Part shown: positions 30,343 through 40,494 of the stretch, piece after piece
How the letters are laid out: every line of letters begins with the position of its first letter
How positions within the stretch are numbered: position 1 is the first letter of the stretch
Source: Candidatus Krumholzibacteriota bacterium
Lineage (GTDB): Bacteria > Krumholzibacteriota > Krumholzibacteriia > JAJRXK01
DNA length: 64,000 bases
Direction of reading: 5' to 3'
Assembly (NCBI GenBank): GCA_963727455.1
Contig: CAVSGG010000012.1
Location: 88,609 to 152,608, forward strand
Position numbers and translations under genes: made by a program
The notes under the pieces: generated by a model
Told to the model about the DNA's origin: nothing
The model's input: only the letters and a program-made list of their open reading frames with translations
Databases searched by the model: none

Positions 30343-33300
30343 GCCGATTCCCCCAATCCCGCGGACGAGGTCCGAAAGCTGGCAGGCCCCATCTTGACAC
30401 GCACCGAATGCCGTCTGCGGTCGCTCAGCAGGGAGATCTGGCAGGACTCTACCGATTGGTAGATGAGGGCCTCATCCATCCAGACCTCGCGGAGAATTTC
30501 CGCCACACCCGCAGGATTCTCCACTTCGATCGAGTAACTCGTGGCAGCTCCCAAAGGACGGTACTCGACGCTGAATCCCGGCCAGTCGTCGGGAATGCAG
30601 GGTTCCAGGTGCAGAGTATCGCCTCCGATGATTCGCAGTCCCAAGAGCGACTCCAGCGTCACCCGCGACATCCAACCCGACGAACCCGTGTACCAGCTCC
30701 ACCCTCCCCTACCAACATGAGGCGAGGTGCCGTAGATGTCGGCGGCCACGACATAGGGCTCCAGGCGGTACAAGTCAACCTGCTCGGAGGTGAGCGCGTG
30801 CTGGATTGGATTGAGGAGATCGAGAAGACGAGCGACACGGTCTCGTTTCTTGAGACGTGCCATGGCACTCACCAACCAGAGAGCTGCATGGGTGTACTGT
30901 CCCCCGTTCTCGCGAACTCCAGGGACATAGCCCTTGATGTACCCAGGATCATGCGGAGTCTCGGCGAAGGGCGGAGTCAACAGCCGGATTAATCCATCTT
31001 CCTCGGATACGAGCATCGCATCCGCCGCTTGGAGAGCTTGCTCCGCCCGCTCGGGTGGAGCCACCCCAGAGAGAACTGACCACGCTTGCGCCAGACCATC
31101 GATCCGGCATTCTTCGCTCTCTGCCGACCCCAGCGGAGTGCCATCGTCGTAGAATCCACGGCGATACCATTCTCCATCCCAACCCCCCTCGTTGAGGGCT
31201 CCCAGTAGTTGATCCCGGTGCCGGCGATACTCGCGTACGCGGGTCGTGTCCCCTCTCTGCTCACAGTAGCGAAGGAACTGACCAAGAGTGAGGTAGAGGA
31301 AGAACCCCATCCAGGTACTTTCACCTCGCCCAAGCCGGCCCACGCGGTTCATTCCATCGTTCCAATCCCCCGTCCCGAACAGAGGAAGTCCGTGTGAACC
31401 GGTTGCCAGGGATCGATCCAGTGCACGACAACAGTGTTCGTACAGATCCGCGCTGCTGTCCGAGGGCTGGGAACTGATGTAAATCTCATCCTCTCCCTCC
31501 GATACGGCGGGGCCGCTAAGAAAGGGGATATCCTCGGCCAGGATTCCCGCGTCGCCAGTGGTTTCGACATAGTGCGCGGTCAGGTGAGGGAGCCAGATCA
31601 GATCGTCTACAAAATGGGTACGGATGCCTCGATTGTGAGGCGGATGCCACCAATGCAGCACATCTCCCTCGAGAAACTGGTGGGCCGCGTGCAGCAGAAT
31701 TTGCGCCCTCGAGACTTCCGGCGCGACATGCGTCAGTGACGAGGCGTCCTGCAGCTGGTCTCGGAAACCGAACGCACCTCCCGATTGATAGAGCGCGGAA
31801 CGAGCCCACAGTCTGCAGCTCAGAGTCTGGTAGGGAAGCCAACCGTTGATCATGAGGTCGAGTTCGGGTGAGGGAGTGGAGATACGGACCGTTGAGAGTT
31901 GCTGTTTCCAGAACGATCGAACCTCCTCTTGTGCAGCGTCCACTTCATTCAATGTGGAATACCGATCACTCAGATCATAGAGTTCCTTCTTGCCTGCGCC
32001 TCCGCCCAGAATGAAAACTACTGTGGCACTTGCCCCCTTCTCGAGCTCGAGGGAGACCTGCTGTGCAAAGCAGGCCTGATCACCCTTCCCATTCTCAGGC
32101 TCCAGCGTTAGTGGAGGTTCGGGGCAAGAAACGGAGCCGGGTGTCGCGCCCTCCGCCAGGAGTGCCTGACGGTTCCCGGTGGCACTGATCTTCACATCGG
32201 GAGAATCCACGACGAGATCAGCGAAGGCATAGAACGGGAGCTCGTCTGCATCGCAGGCGCCTCGAGCAAAGAGTCGACCCGCAACACCACTGGTTTCGAC
32301 CGATACATGACGACCTTGTCCAGCAAGCGTATCACCCATGACGAGCTGGCAGTATCCGAGCAGGGAGAGATGCCTCGTGCGTTCAGCCCCATTACTCACC
32401 CGGATTCGCACAAAGCGCACTGGATCCTTCCTGGCCACGAACGCAGTCGTCTCGTACTGCATCCCATCGTGTCGCACGCGGCAGAGGGTGTAGCCGAATC
32501 CGTGGCGCACCTCGTAAGAAGCTGGAAACGGCACGGGACCGGGAAATGGCGATCCATACGATCCGTCGTCCTCGTCCCGAACATAGAAGGCTTCGCTGTG
32601 GGGATCTACGACCGGGTCGTTCCGCCAAGGGGTTAGCCTTCGAAGACGGCTGTTGCCTGCCCAGGTATATCCCGCTCCAGATTCGCTGACTAGTGAACCA
32701 AAGTTCTCGTTCGACAGGATGTTGATCCAAGGCTGAGGTGGATGCAGCAGACCCTCCCCGTTCCGCCATGGGAGTCGAATCACATATTCGCTTCCATTCT
32801 CGCTGAATCCACCGTAACCGTTGAAGAAGAGGAGGGACTCTTCATTTTCGCTGTTGTCTTTCGCATCTGGCTGATGGGTTCCCACGGAGGATGCCAGGTG
32901 GCCCTTTCCTGAACTCAACTCCCCAGATGGCGCACTGATGTCGATCAGGATCTCTCTCACCACCGGCTCGGAGCGCGCTTGCTTGAAGATCGCCTCGCGG
33001 ATTTGGGTCGAGGCAAGGGTATCCCGGAGAATCAGCGCGTCCTCCCTCTTCGACGCGGCGCCCAGCATCAGACAGATCTCAATACTCTCTCCCGCTCTCA
33101 ACTTGAACCGCGTTCGCAGAGCTACGATGGGATCGAGAACATTGCCCGTGCTCGCCGACAGAACCTCGGATTCTCGAAGGGCGGAGGCTTCAGCCGGGTA
33201 ACGACGGCGCCCCAAGAAGCGCGCGCGATCCGATTCATATTCGTGTACCACGCTGCCGAAAAGTGAGTGTATCAAATACGGATAATTCTCATTGGGTGAC

Positions 33301-33827
33301 CGCGGGCGACGACGAACGAGCAGCGCTGCTTGTTCAGATACGAACTCGGTCTGGAGAAAAAGCTTCGAGAACGTCGGGTGAGATTCATGGTTCGCGGGAG
33401 ACTGGAGCACAACTTCGTCATAGGAGGTCAATTCCAACGATCTGGTTTGAGCACTGTTGTTCGTAATGCAAAGATTTCGAAGTTCGGCGTCGTACTTCGG
33501 AACAACACAGAGCTCCATGCGAGAGTGGATTGCACTGTCAATACGCGAAATCGCGAACAGCTTCGAACTTCTCTCGATCTCGTACTTGGAAGGGAAAGCG
33601 GGCACTGGCTCGAGCCCGGCAGACCAGACCCGATGCTGGTCGAGATCTCGCAGATACAGGAAAAGTCCCTTGGGATAGACTTCCGTCCCGCTTGAACTTC
33701 CGCTGAGACACAGATCCCCCAAGGACGAGCAGCCCGCGCCGCGAAAGTCGATCTCGACTCGATATCGCCCGTTGCTCAAGCGGGAGACCGTTGGACCTCT
33801 CGAGAATCCAGGGAAACGGAAAGCCAT
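30339..33827 (-). CDS. GH94 glycoside phosphorylase resembling the stand-alone C-terminal region of cyclic beta-1,2-glucan synthase
   Basis: Two GH94 beta-sandwich domains; YQSGGAFGFRDQLQD, GDWNDGMN, PGVRENGGQYTHAA and GRGGWSWYTGS. ATG 33827 has a GGGAG RBS. Confidence 0.88.
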   Translation of the reverse strand: MAFRFPGFSRGPTVSRLSNGRYRVEIDFRGAGCSSLGDLCLSGSSSGTEVYPKGLFLYLRDLDQHRVWSAGLEPVPAFPSKYEIERSSKLFAISRIDSAIHSRMELCVVPKYDAELRNLCITNNSAQTRSLELTSYDEVVLQSPANHESHPTFSKLFLQTEFVSEQAALLVRRRPRSPNENYPYLIHSLFGSVVHEYESDRARFLGRRRYPAEASALRESEVLSASTGNVLDPIVALRTRFKLRAGESIEICLMLGAASKREDALILRDTLASTQIREAIFKQARSEPVVREILIDISAPSGELSSGKGHLASSVGTHQPDAKDNSENEESLLFFNGYGGFSENGSEYVIRLPWRNGEGLLHPPQPWINILSNENFGSLVSESGAGYTWAGNSRLRRLTPWRNDPVVDPHSEAFYVRDEDDGSYGSPFPGPVPFPASYEVRHGFGYTLCRVRHDGMQYETTAFVARKDPVRFVRIRVSNGAERTRHLSLLGYCQLVMGDTLAGQGRHVSVETSGVAGRLFARGACDADELPFYAFADLVVDSPDVKISATGNRQALLAEGATPGSVSCPEPPLTLEPENGKGDQACFAQQVSLELEKGASATVVFILGGGAGKKELYDLSDRYSTLNEVDAAQEEVRSFWKQQLSTVRISTPSPELDLMINGWLPYQTLSCRLWARSALYQSGGAFGFRDQLQDASSLTHVAPEVSRAQILLHAAHQFLEGDVLHWWHPPHNRGIRTHFVDDLIWLPHLTAHYVETTGDAGILAEDIPFLSGPAVSEGEDEIYISSQPSDSSADLYEHCCRALDRSLATGSHGLPLFGTGDWNDGMNRVGRLGRGESTWMGFFLYLTLGQFLRYCEQRGDTTRVREYRRHRDQLLGALNEGGWDGEWYRRGFYDDGTPLGSAESEECRIDGLAQAWSVLSGVAPPERAEQALQAADAMLVSEEDGLIRLLTPPFAETPHDPGYIKGYVPGVRENGGQYTHAALWLVSAMARLKKRDRVARLLDLLNPIQHALTSEQVDLYRLEPYVVAADIYGTSPHVGRGGWSWYTGSSGWMSRVTLESLLGLRIIGGDTLHLEPCIPDDWPGFSVEYRPLGAATSYSIEVENPAGVAEILREVWMDEALIYQSVESCQISLLSDRRRHSVRVKMGPASFRTSSAGLGESA

Positions 33828-33877
33828 CCAGTTCTCCCGCCATGATTCGATCCAGGGACACCGAGCTCGCCGTCGTC

Positions 33878-33911
33878 TTGACAAGCAACTGCAGTAGTGT
33901 AACTGTTTACA
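33878..33911 (+). promoter_or_regulatory. -35 box plus LacI-family operator between the divergent GH94 and ABC operons
   Basis: TTGACA at 33878-33883, then pseudo-palindrome TGTAACTGTTTACA at 33898-33911. Confidence 0.65.
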
Positions 33912-33994
33912 CGCGCCTCTGGCAGTCATTAGTTCTGTCGGCCATCGTCGGTATTGCCCTCGGTTGAGCCGTTCTAGTAGCTGTCATCCTCGCT

Positions 33995-35371
33995 TTGGGC
34001 CCGCAGGGCTCGGTGATTTTCTTGCCTGAATTGCCCTCAACCGGGTACAGGAAGATCGGCTCGCTCTGCCGATTCCTCTCCCTGGGGCTGTCCGTCATAG
34101 TACTGTATCTGGCACTCGGGTGCGGCAGCTCCGAGTCGCTGCCCACGACCAAGCTCCGCTTCTGGGTGATGGGGCGTGAGGGCGAACTGGTCGAGGAATT
34201 GGTCGCAATCTTCGAGAAGGAAAACCCGGGGATCGAGGTGGAAGTTCAACAGATTCCGTGGTCTGCAGCGCATGAGAAACTTCTCACCGCCTATGTAGGC
34301 CGTTCGACCCCTGATCTGGCGCAGCTCGGAAATACGTGGATTGCCGAGTTCGCCGCCCTGGGCGCTTTGGAAGAATTGGACTCGCAGATCGCCACGACGC
34401 CCGGGATCGCTCCCCAGGACTACTTCGAAGGCATCTGGCGCACGAACGTCATCGATGGAGTGACATGGGGAGTTCCATGGTACGTGGATACCAGGCTTAT
34501 TTTCTACCGAAAGGACGTCCTGGCACAGGCTGGTTTTGATTCCATGCCAGGTGATTGGGCCGGATGGATCAAGGCGATGGAAGCGGTCAACCGCTCAGTG
34601 GGACCTGATCGCTACCCGATCTTCCTCCCGCTGAACGAGTGGACACAGCCCGTGATCTTCGGTCTGCAAGAGGGCTCACCGCTCTTGGTCGATGACTTCA
34701 CCCGGGGAGCTTTTTCCGCCCCGCGTTTCCGCGATGCCTTCCACTTCTACTACGATATTTTCGAAAGAGGGCTCGCCCCACCAGTCGGTAACAATGAGAT
34801 CGCGAATCTCTACCAGGAATTCGCGAAGGGTCTCTTCGCCATGTACATCACTGGACCTTGGAATCTAGTCGAGTTCCAACGTCGATTACCCGAGGAGCTG
34901 CTTGACGCCTGGGGTACAGCCCCCCTACCAGGTCCAGGACCCGGTCGGCCAGGAGTTTCTTTGGCCGGCGGTTCTAGTCTCGTTCTCTTCAAGAGATCTG
35001 GTCATGGCGATGCCTCGTGGAGGCTCGTGGAATTCCTCTCGAGGGCCGAAAACCAGCTGCGCTTCTATGAGCTCACCGGTGATCTTCCGGCGAAACTGGA
35101 TGCATGGACTGACGGCGGCCTGGCCGAAGGACAGAGAACCAGAGCCTTTTGGGTCCAACTCCATAGAGTTGTCCCCCTGCCGGCGGTGCCCGAATGGGAG
35201 CTGATTGCGGCTCGGGTACAGGAATACAGCGAGGAAGCGATCCGCGGAGTGACCGCACGGGATTCGGCACTGACGGAACTCGACCGAGAGGTGGATCGTA
35301 TCCTGCAGAAGCGACGATGGTTGCGAAAGCGACGAGTCCCATCTTCTCCCCATGTACTCCAGGAGAGATGA
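33995..35371 (+). CDS. Sugar ABC transporter substrate-binding lipoprotein
   Basis: Lipobox ALGC; QQIPW..AHEKLLTA, PD.AQLGNTW, PWYVDTR and GPWN (CUT1 family). Start uncertain. Confidence 0.9.
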   Translation: MGPQGSVIFLPELPSTGYRKIGSLCRFLSLGLSVIVLYLALGCGSSESLPTTKLRFWVMGREGELVEELVAIFEKENPGIEVEVQQIPWSAAHEKLLTAYVGRSTPDLAQLGNTWIAEFAALGALEELDSQIATTPGIAPQDYFEGIWRTNVIDGVTWGVPWYVDTRLIFYRKDVLAQAGFDSMPGDWAGWIKAMEAVNRSVGPDRYPIFLPLNEWTQPVIFGLQEGSPLLVDDFTRGAFSAPRFRDAFHFYYDIFERGLAPPVGNNEIANLYQEFAKGLFAMYITGPWNLVEFQRRLPEELLDAWGTAPLPGPGPGRPGVSLAGGSSLVLFKRSGHGDASWRLVEFLSRAENQLRFYELTGDLPAKLDAWTDGGLAEGQRTRAFWVQLHRVVPLPAVPEWELIAARVQEYSEEAIRGVTARDSALTELDREVDRILQKRRWLRKRRVPSSPHVLQER

Positions 35372-36261
35372 TGGCGGGCTACCTCCAGAAACAGCAGTCT
35401 CGTTCCGCCTGGCTCTTCCTCGCACCGGCCATTTTGCTAATCAGTGCCTTTTTCGTGTTGCCGGTGGCTTTCGGTCTCTTACTGAGCCTCACCGATTTCG
35501 ACATCTACGCGCTGGCTTCCATCGCTAATGCGAGATTCGTTGGCCTGCAGAACTACATCGAGATGCTGCAGAATCATGACTTCTGGCAGGCACTGCGAAA
35601 TACCCTCTACTTCGTCGTGGTGGGGGGACCATTGGCGGTCTCAGTGTCGCTTGCTGCGGCGCTGATGTTGCATTCAAAACTGGTGCGCGTGAGATGGTTG
35701 TTTCGGACGATCTACTTCGCTCCGGTGGTGACCTCCCTGGTCGCAGTCTCCATCATCTGGAGATACCTCTATCATCCGCACTATGGGCTTCTTAACCAGG
35801 CTCTGCAGTGGCTGGGAATTGGAGCCATCGACTGGCTGGGCGATCCCCACTGGGCAATGCCTGCCATCATCCTCTTGGCAGTATGGAAGAACTTCGGCTA
35901 CAACATGCTCATCTTCCTGGCCGGGTTGCAGACCATCCCCGAAGATCTCTATGAAGCGGCCTCCATCGATGGGGCCGGTCCCTGGTGGTGCTTTCGTTAC
36001 GTGACTTTGCCCAGTCTGCGGCCGACCCTCCTCTTCGTCGGGGTGACGACGATGATCGGCTTTTTCCAACTCTTCGCTGAACCCTATGTCATGACCCAGG
36101 GTGGCCCATTGGGTGCGACTCGGAGCGTCGTTCTTTTGATGTATGAAGAGGGATTCCGTTGGTGGCGTATGGGTATCTCCTCCACCATCGCGGTTCTCCT
36201 CCTCATCGTCACGCTCTTGGCCACCTTGATTCATCTCAGGCTGCAGAGGGCGCGACCGTGA
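35368..36261 (+). CDS. Sugar ABC transporter permease (MalF-like)
   Basis: FVGLQNY and LAGLQTIPEDLYEAASIDGA EAA loop; start overlaps the SBP stop. Confidence 0.92.
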   Translation: MMAGYLQKQQSRSAWLFLAPAILLISAFFVLPVAFGLLLSLTDFDIYALASIANARFVGLQNYIEMLQNHDFWQALRNTLYFVVVGGPLAVSVSLAAALMLHSKLVRVRWLFRTIYFAPVVTSLVAVSIIWRYLYHPHYGLLNQALQWLGIGAIDWLGDPHWAMPAIILLAVWKNFGYNMLIFLAGLQTIPEDLYEAASIDGAGPWWCFRYVTLPSLRPTLLFVGVTTMIGFFQLFAEPYVMTQGGPLGATRSVVLLMYEEGFRWWRMGISSTIAVLLLIVTLLATLIHLRLQRARP

Positions 36262-37082
36262 TACCGAGACGCTTCCACTCCCTCGTGATCAACTCGAGCC
36301 TTGTTCTGGGTGCGGCAGTCACGATGACACCTCTGCTGTGGATGCTGTCCGCTTCACTCATGTCGCCCGGTGAAGCCAATAGCATCCCTCCGCACTTCCT
36401 GCCCGTGACTCCCACTCTAGAGAACTACCATGTGCTCTTCACACGTTTGAACATCACCCGCAGCCTTCTCAACAGCACTTTTATCACAACGATGGCCACG
36501 GTGATCTCGCTGCTCATAAATTCAATGGCCGGGTACGCCTTTGCCAAACTGAGCTTCAGAGGCCGTGATCCGCTCTTCCGCTCCCTCATTTCCGCCCTGG
36601 TGATCCCGGCGCAAGTCGGCATGTTGCCGCTCTTCCTCGCGCTGCGGGAGATGGGGCTCGTCAACACCTACATGGGCGTTCTCATCCCCTACATGGCGAA
36701 CATCTTCGGAATTTTCCTCATACGGCAGTACATGTTGAGTGTCCCCGATGAGCTGCTCGATGCAGCTCGCATCGATGGCGCAGGGGAAATCAGGATTTTC
36801 TGGACGATCGTAGTGCCGATCATTCGACCCGTCATTGTAACCCTCGCCACTTTCACTTTTCTCAACACCTGGAACGACTTCATGTGGCCGCTCATCGTAC
36901 TCAGTGACAACTCGAAGTTCACGCTGCCCGTGGCGTTGGCCAGTCTCGCTGGTGAGCACGTTCAAGACACCGAATTGATGATGGCGGGCTCGGTCGTTGC
37001 CATTCTCCCCGCTCTCATCATCTTCCTTCTCTTTCAGCGAACCTATGTGCGGAGCATTCTCTCGGGCAGTCTGAAGGGTTGA
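36258..37082 (+). CDS. Sugar ABC transporter permease (MalG-like)
   Basis: AGYAFAK, PDELLDAARIDGA and WNDFMWP; GTGA overlap. Confidence 0.92.
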   Translation: MIPRRFHSLVINSSLVLGAAVTMTPLLWMLSASLMSPGEANSIPPHFLPVTPTLENYHVLFTRLNITRSLLNSTFITTMATVISLLINSMAGYAFAKLSFRGRDPLFRSLISALVIPAQVGMLPLFLALREMGLVNTYMGVLIPYMANIFGIFLIRQYMLSVPDELLDAARIDGAGEIRIFWTIVVPIIRPVIVTLATFTFLNTWNDFMWPLIVLSDNSKFTLPVALASLAGEHVQDTELMMAGSVVAILPALIIFLLFQRTYVRSILSGSLKG

Positions 37083-37085
37083 GGA

Positions 37086-40000
37086 ATGAGGCACTTGATC
37101 ATCGGATGCATGATGAGCCTTCCCCTCGCGCTGGGCGTGGGTACTGCCCATGGCGTGCTCCTGGATGATTTCGAGTCCCTTGATTCCTGGAGCGCACATC
37201 CCGCGGACGGCGTTCAGCTCGAGCTCGTCTCAGACGAGGGAATGATCGGTAAGGCGATGCGCCTCGATTTCCATTTCAACGGTGGGGGCTATGCAATCGC
37301 CAGGCGTGAGCTCGACCTCCCCTTGAGTGGTAACTACGAATTCCGTTTCTGGATGAAGGGAGAAGCTCCTAGCAACAACCTCGAGTTCAAGTTGATCGAT
37401 GCAAGTAATGAGAATGTTTGGTGGAAGGTACGCCGGGACATGGTGTTCTCTAAAGAGTGGAAGCAAGTCAGAATCAAGAAACGACAGATCAGTTTCGCCT
37501 GGGGGCCTCGCGGAAGCGGAGATCTCGACCATGCCGCTGCGTTGGAGTTCGCCATCAGCGCTGGTTCCGGCGGCGAGGGACGGATCTGGATCGACCAACT
37601 CGAGCTCGTACCTCTTCCCCCCGAGAATTCCCCGCCCGCGGATCCTATCGTCACCTCATCTTCATCACGGCGGGGACACGAGGCCTTTCTGTCCGTGGAT
37701 GGTGATCGCGATTCCTACTGGTCTCCACGCAAAGAAGATCTCTCACCTTGGCTTTTGGTCGACTTCTCCCGAACCAGAGAATTCAGCGCCCTGATCCTGG
37801 ACTGGAAGCTACGATCCGGGGCGAGTGAGTATCGGGTAGAAGCGTCACTTGATTCCCTGAACTTCAGCGAGCTGCGGGTGGTCGTTGACGGCGCCGGTCA
37901 CAGAGACCTCCTGTATCTACCCGAATCCGAAGCCCGCTACCTCCGCTTCCGATTCGAAGAGGGCAACGCCCCGACAGAGATGCAGCTTGCGGAGCTGAGG
38001 ATCCAGGCGGTGGATTGGGCCCAATCGCGGGAGCAATTCTTCGAGCACATTGCGTCCGGGAGTTCCCGCGGCCTTTATCCCCGTGGATTCTGCGGTGAGC
38101 AGAGCTACTGGACCTTGGTTGGCCTGGACGGTGGCGCGGATGAAGGCTTGTTGAGCGAGGATGGAGCCTTGGAGTTTCGGCAAGGGTCGTTTTCGGTAGA
38201 GGCATTCCTGTTCTTCGGTGGTCGACTGATCAGCTGGGCCGACGTAGAGACCGAACAGAGTCTGGCGGAGGAGGGTGTCCCCATCCCATCGGTAAGTTGG
38301 ACCGTGGGAGATCTGAGTCTGCGCACCCAGGCTTTCGCGGTGGGCCGTCCTGATTCATCCGCTCTCTTGGCGCGGTACAGCGTATACAATCGGGGCGACA
38401 AAGATCGCGTTCTGACCCTCTATCTCACGATTCGACCCTTCCAGGTAGATCCTCCCTCGCAGACCCTCAATCGGGCTGGCGGAACGGCGACCATCGTTTC
38501 CCTGGAACAACGTTTGCCCACCGTCTTCGTCAATGAGCGGGATCGGGTGATCTCTCTCACTCCCGGCTGCGCGTTTGGATGTCTTGGATTCGATGCCGGT
38601 GATATCGTCGTCGATTTCCTTCGACACGGATCGCTACCAAGCGCGCAACGGGTGGAAGACTCCTTCCAAGCTGCATCAGGAGCTCTCTCCTACGCCCTTG
38701 AAGTTCCCGCGGGTAGGTCGGTGCAAGTACAGATTCTGATTCCACAGTCCCCTTCCTACAAGGCTCCGAGTCTGGAGAGCGATGACGCTTCGTTGGCCAG
38801 GTCTGAATCGAACTGGACCTCAACCCAATTCGAGGCCTCGCTTGCCAGCTGGCGAAAAGCCACGCGAACCGTGAGGGTAGATTTGCCCGAATCCGCCAAA
38901 TCGATCCAGCAGAGCCTCTACGCCCAACTTGCGTACATACTGGTGAACCGTGACGGCCCCGCCATTCAACCGGGTTCGCGTTCGTACGCCCGATCCTGGA
39001 TCCGGGACGGTACGCTCACCTCTAGCTCATTGCTTCGCCTCGGCCGAGCCGATGTCGTGCGCACATATCTTCGATGGTATGCGAAATTCCAGTACGAGAA
39101 CGGCAAGGTGCCGTGCGCTGTTGATCATCGCGGCGCCGATCCGGTTCCAGAACACGACAGCAACGGTGAGTTCATCCATCTAGTCGCGGAGTACTATCGT
39201 CATACACAGGACCTGGATCTCGCCCGCGAAATGTGGCCTCGGGTCCGCTCCGCCGTCGCCTATTTGGACTCCCTGCGCCAAGAAAACCTCGGCCCACAAT
39301 CCACCACCGAAGCCGACAAGGCCATGAGGGGCATCCTCCCCCCATCCATCAGTCACGAAGGCTATTCGGCAAAGCCCATGCACTCCTACTGGGATGATTT
39401 CTTCGCCTACCTGGGATTCAAAGACGCAGTCTATCTGGCGGGTGAGCTTCAGGAGAGAGAGGTCCAGACGCGCTATCAAACCATCCTGAGAGCATTTTCC
39501 AAAGATCTGGCCAGTAGCGTACGGGCTACGATTCAGGCGCACTCGATCGATTACATTCCGGGCTGCGCTGATCTTGGCGATTTCGATGCAACCTCTACCG
39601 CGATCGCCTTTGCGCCTACCGGTGCCGCCGACCTTCTTCCCGCAAACGAGCTGAAGAGGACCTTTCAACGTTACTACGACTTCTTCCAAGCCCGGCGAGA
39701 ATCAGCCGACTGGATAGCGTTCACGCCCTATGAGATTCGAAACGTCGGTGCTTTCGTGCGCCTGGGCTGGAGGAATCGCGCGCAAGAACTGCTCGAGTTT
39801 TTCCTGGCGCAGCAGAAGCCCCCCGGATGGCACCAGTGGCCCGAAGTGGTATTCCGCGAGGATCGTCAGCCTCATTTCATCGGAGATCTTCCCCACACCT
39901 GGGTTGGCTCGGATTACATCCGTTCGATCCTGGATCTCTTTGCGTACGAGGATGACCGCACAAAGACCCTGGTCGTGGGAGCAGGCATTCCCCGGGCCTG

Positions 40001-40268
40001 GTTGGAAGAGGAACCAGGGGTGAGCGTACAGGGTCTCTCCACTGGTTACGGCATTCTCGATCTGCGCATGCATCTCGCACCCCAGGGCCTTACGGTGCGG
40101 CTCAGCGGCCTCGACCGAATCCCACCGGGTGGGATCATCGTCCGCCCTCCGCTCTCTCAGCCCCCAAGGCACCCCCAGCTGAGCGGAAGCACCGAGTGGC
40201 ATCCTGAATCCCAGGGACCCGGAGTGGTCATCCACGAACTCCCGGCCACCTTGATCTGGAAACGCTGA
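37086..40268 (+). CDS. Secreted discoidin (F5/8 type C) domain protein with C-terminal six-hairpin glycosidase-like domain
   Basis: Signal peptide, CBM-like N-domain, VDGDRDSYW..WLLVDF discoidin; C-terminal QPGSRSYARSWIRDG, EHDSNG, HSYWDDF, WPEV and GDLPHTWV. Confidence 0.72.
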   Translation: MRHLIIGCMMSLPLALGVGTAHGVLLDDFESLDSWSAHPADGVQLELVSDEGMIGKAMRLDFHFNGGGYAIARRELDLPLSGNYEFRFWMKGEAPSNNLEFKLIDASNENVWWKVRRDMVFSKEWKQVRIKKRQISFAWGPRGSGDLDHAAALEFAISAGSGGEGRIWIDQLELVPLPPENSPPADPIVTSSSSRRGHEAFLSVDGDRDSYWSPRKEDLSPWLLVDFSRTREFSALILDWKLRSGASEYRVEASLDSLNFSELRVVVDGAGHRDLLYLPESEARYLRFRFEEGNAPTEMQLAELRIQAVDWAQSREQFFEHIASGSSRGLYPRGFCGEQSYWTLVGLDGGADEGLLSEDGALEFRQGSFSVEAFLFFGGRLISWADVETEQSLAEEGVPIPSVSWTVGDLSLRTQAFAVGRPDSSALLARYSVYNRGDKDRVLTLYLTIRPFQVDPPSQTLNRAGGTATIVSLEQRLPTVFVNERDRVISLTPGCAFGCLGFDAGDIVVDFLRHGSLPSAQRVEDSFQAASGALSYALEVPAGRSVQVQILIPQSPSYKAPSLESDDASLARSESNWTSTQFEASLASWRKATRTVRVDLPESAKSIQQSLYAQLAYILVNRDGPAIQPGSRSYARSWIRDGTLTSSSLLRLGRADVVRTYLRWYAKFQYENGKVPCAVDHRGADPVPEHDSNGEFIHLVAEYYRHTQDLDLAREMWPRVRSAVAYLDSLRQENLGPQSTTEADKAMRGILPPSISHEGYSAKPMHSYWDDFFAYLGFKDAVYLAGELQEREVQTRYQTILRAFSKDLASSVRATIQAHSIDYIPGCADLGDFDATSTAIAFAPTGAADLLPANELKRTFQRYYDFFQARRESADWIAFTPYEIRNVGAFVRLGWRNRAQELLEFFLAQQKPPGWHQWPEVVFREDRQPHFIGDLPHTWVGSDYIRSILDLFAYEDDRTKTLVVGAGIPRAWLEEEPGVSVQGLSTGYGILDLRMHLAPQGLTVRLSGLDRIPPGGIIVRPPLSQPPRHPQLSGSTEWHPESQGPGVVIHELPATLIWKR

Positions 40269-40366
40269 AACGGCCGGGCCCCAGCCTGATTTCAGGTCCG
40301 GACGGTGGGTATCATGGCTTCTCGAGCTACTTCAGGTCCGCGCTGGCCCCTGACCCTGCAAGGCCC

Positions 40367-40401
40367 TTGACAGGCGCTACCCTGGCGTGCAACCGTTTAC
40401 A
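40367..40401 (+). promoter_or_regulatory. -35 box plus LacI-family operator upstream of the LacI gene
   Basis: TTGACA at 40367-40372, then TGCAACCGTTTACA at 40388-40401 (12/14 identical to the 33898 site). Confidence 0.65.
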
Positions 40402-40494
40402 TGGCTCGATAAGGGCGTTTGAGTCGAGGACTGCCTTCGAAGTCACGCCGGCCCAGAGCAGTCCGCTTGACCGAGCGCCAAAGGACTCGTCACC

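Noticed and set aside
40290-40340. Direct repeat TTCAGGTCCG, two copies, upstream of the LacI gene
   Set aside because: Only two 10-mers with no further units; not a CRISPR array and compatible with chance.
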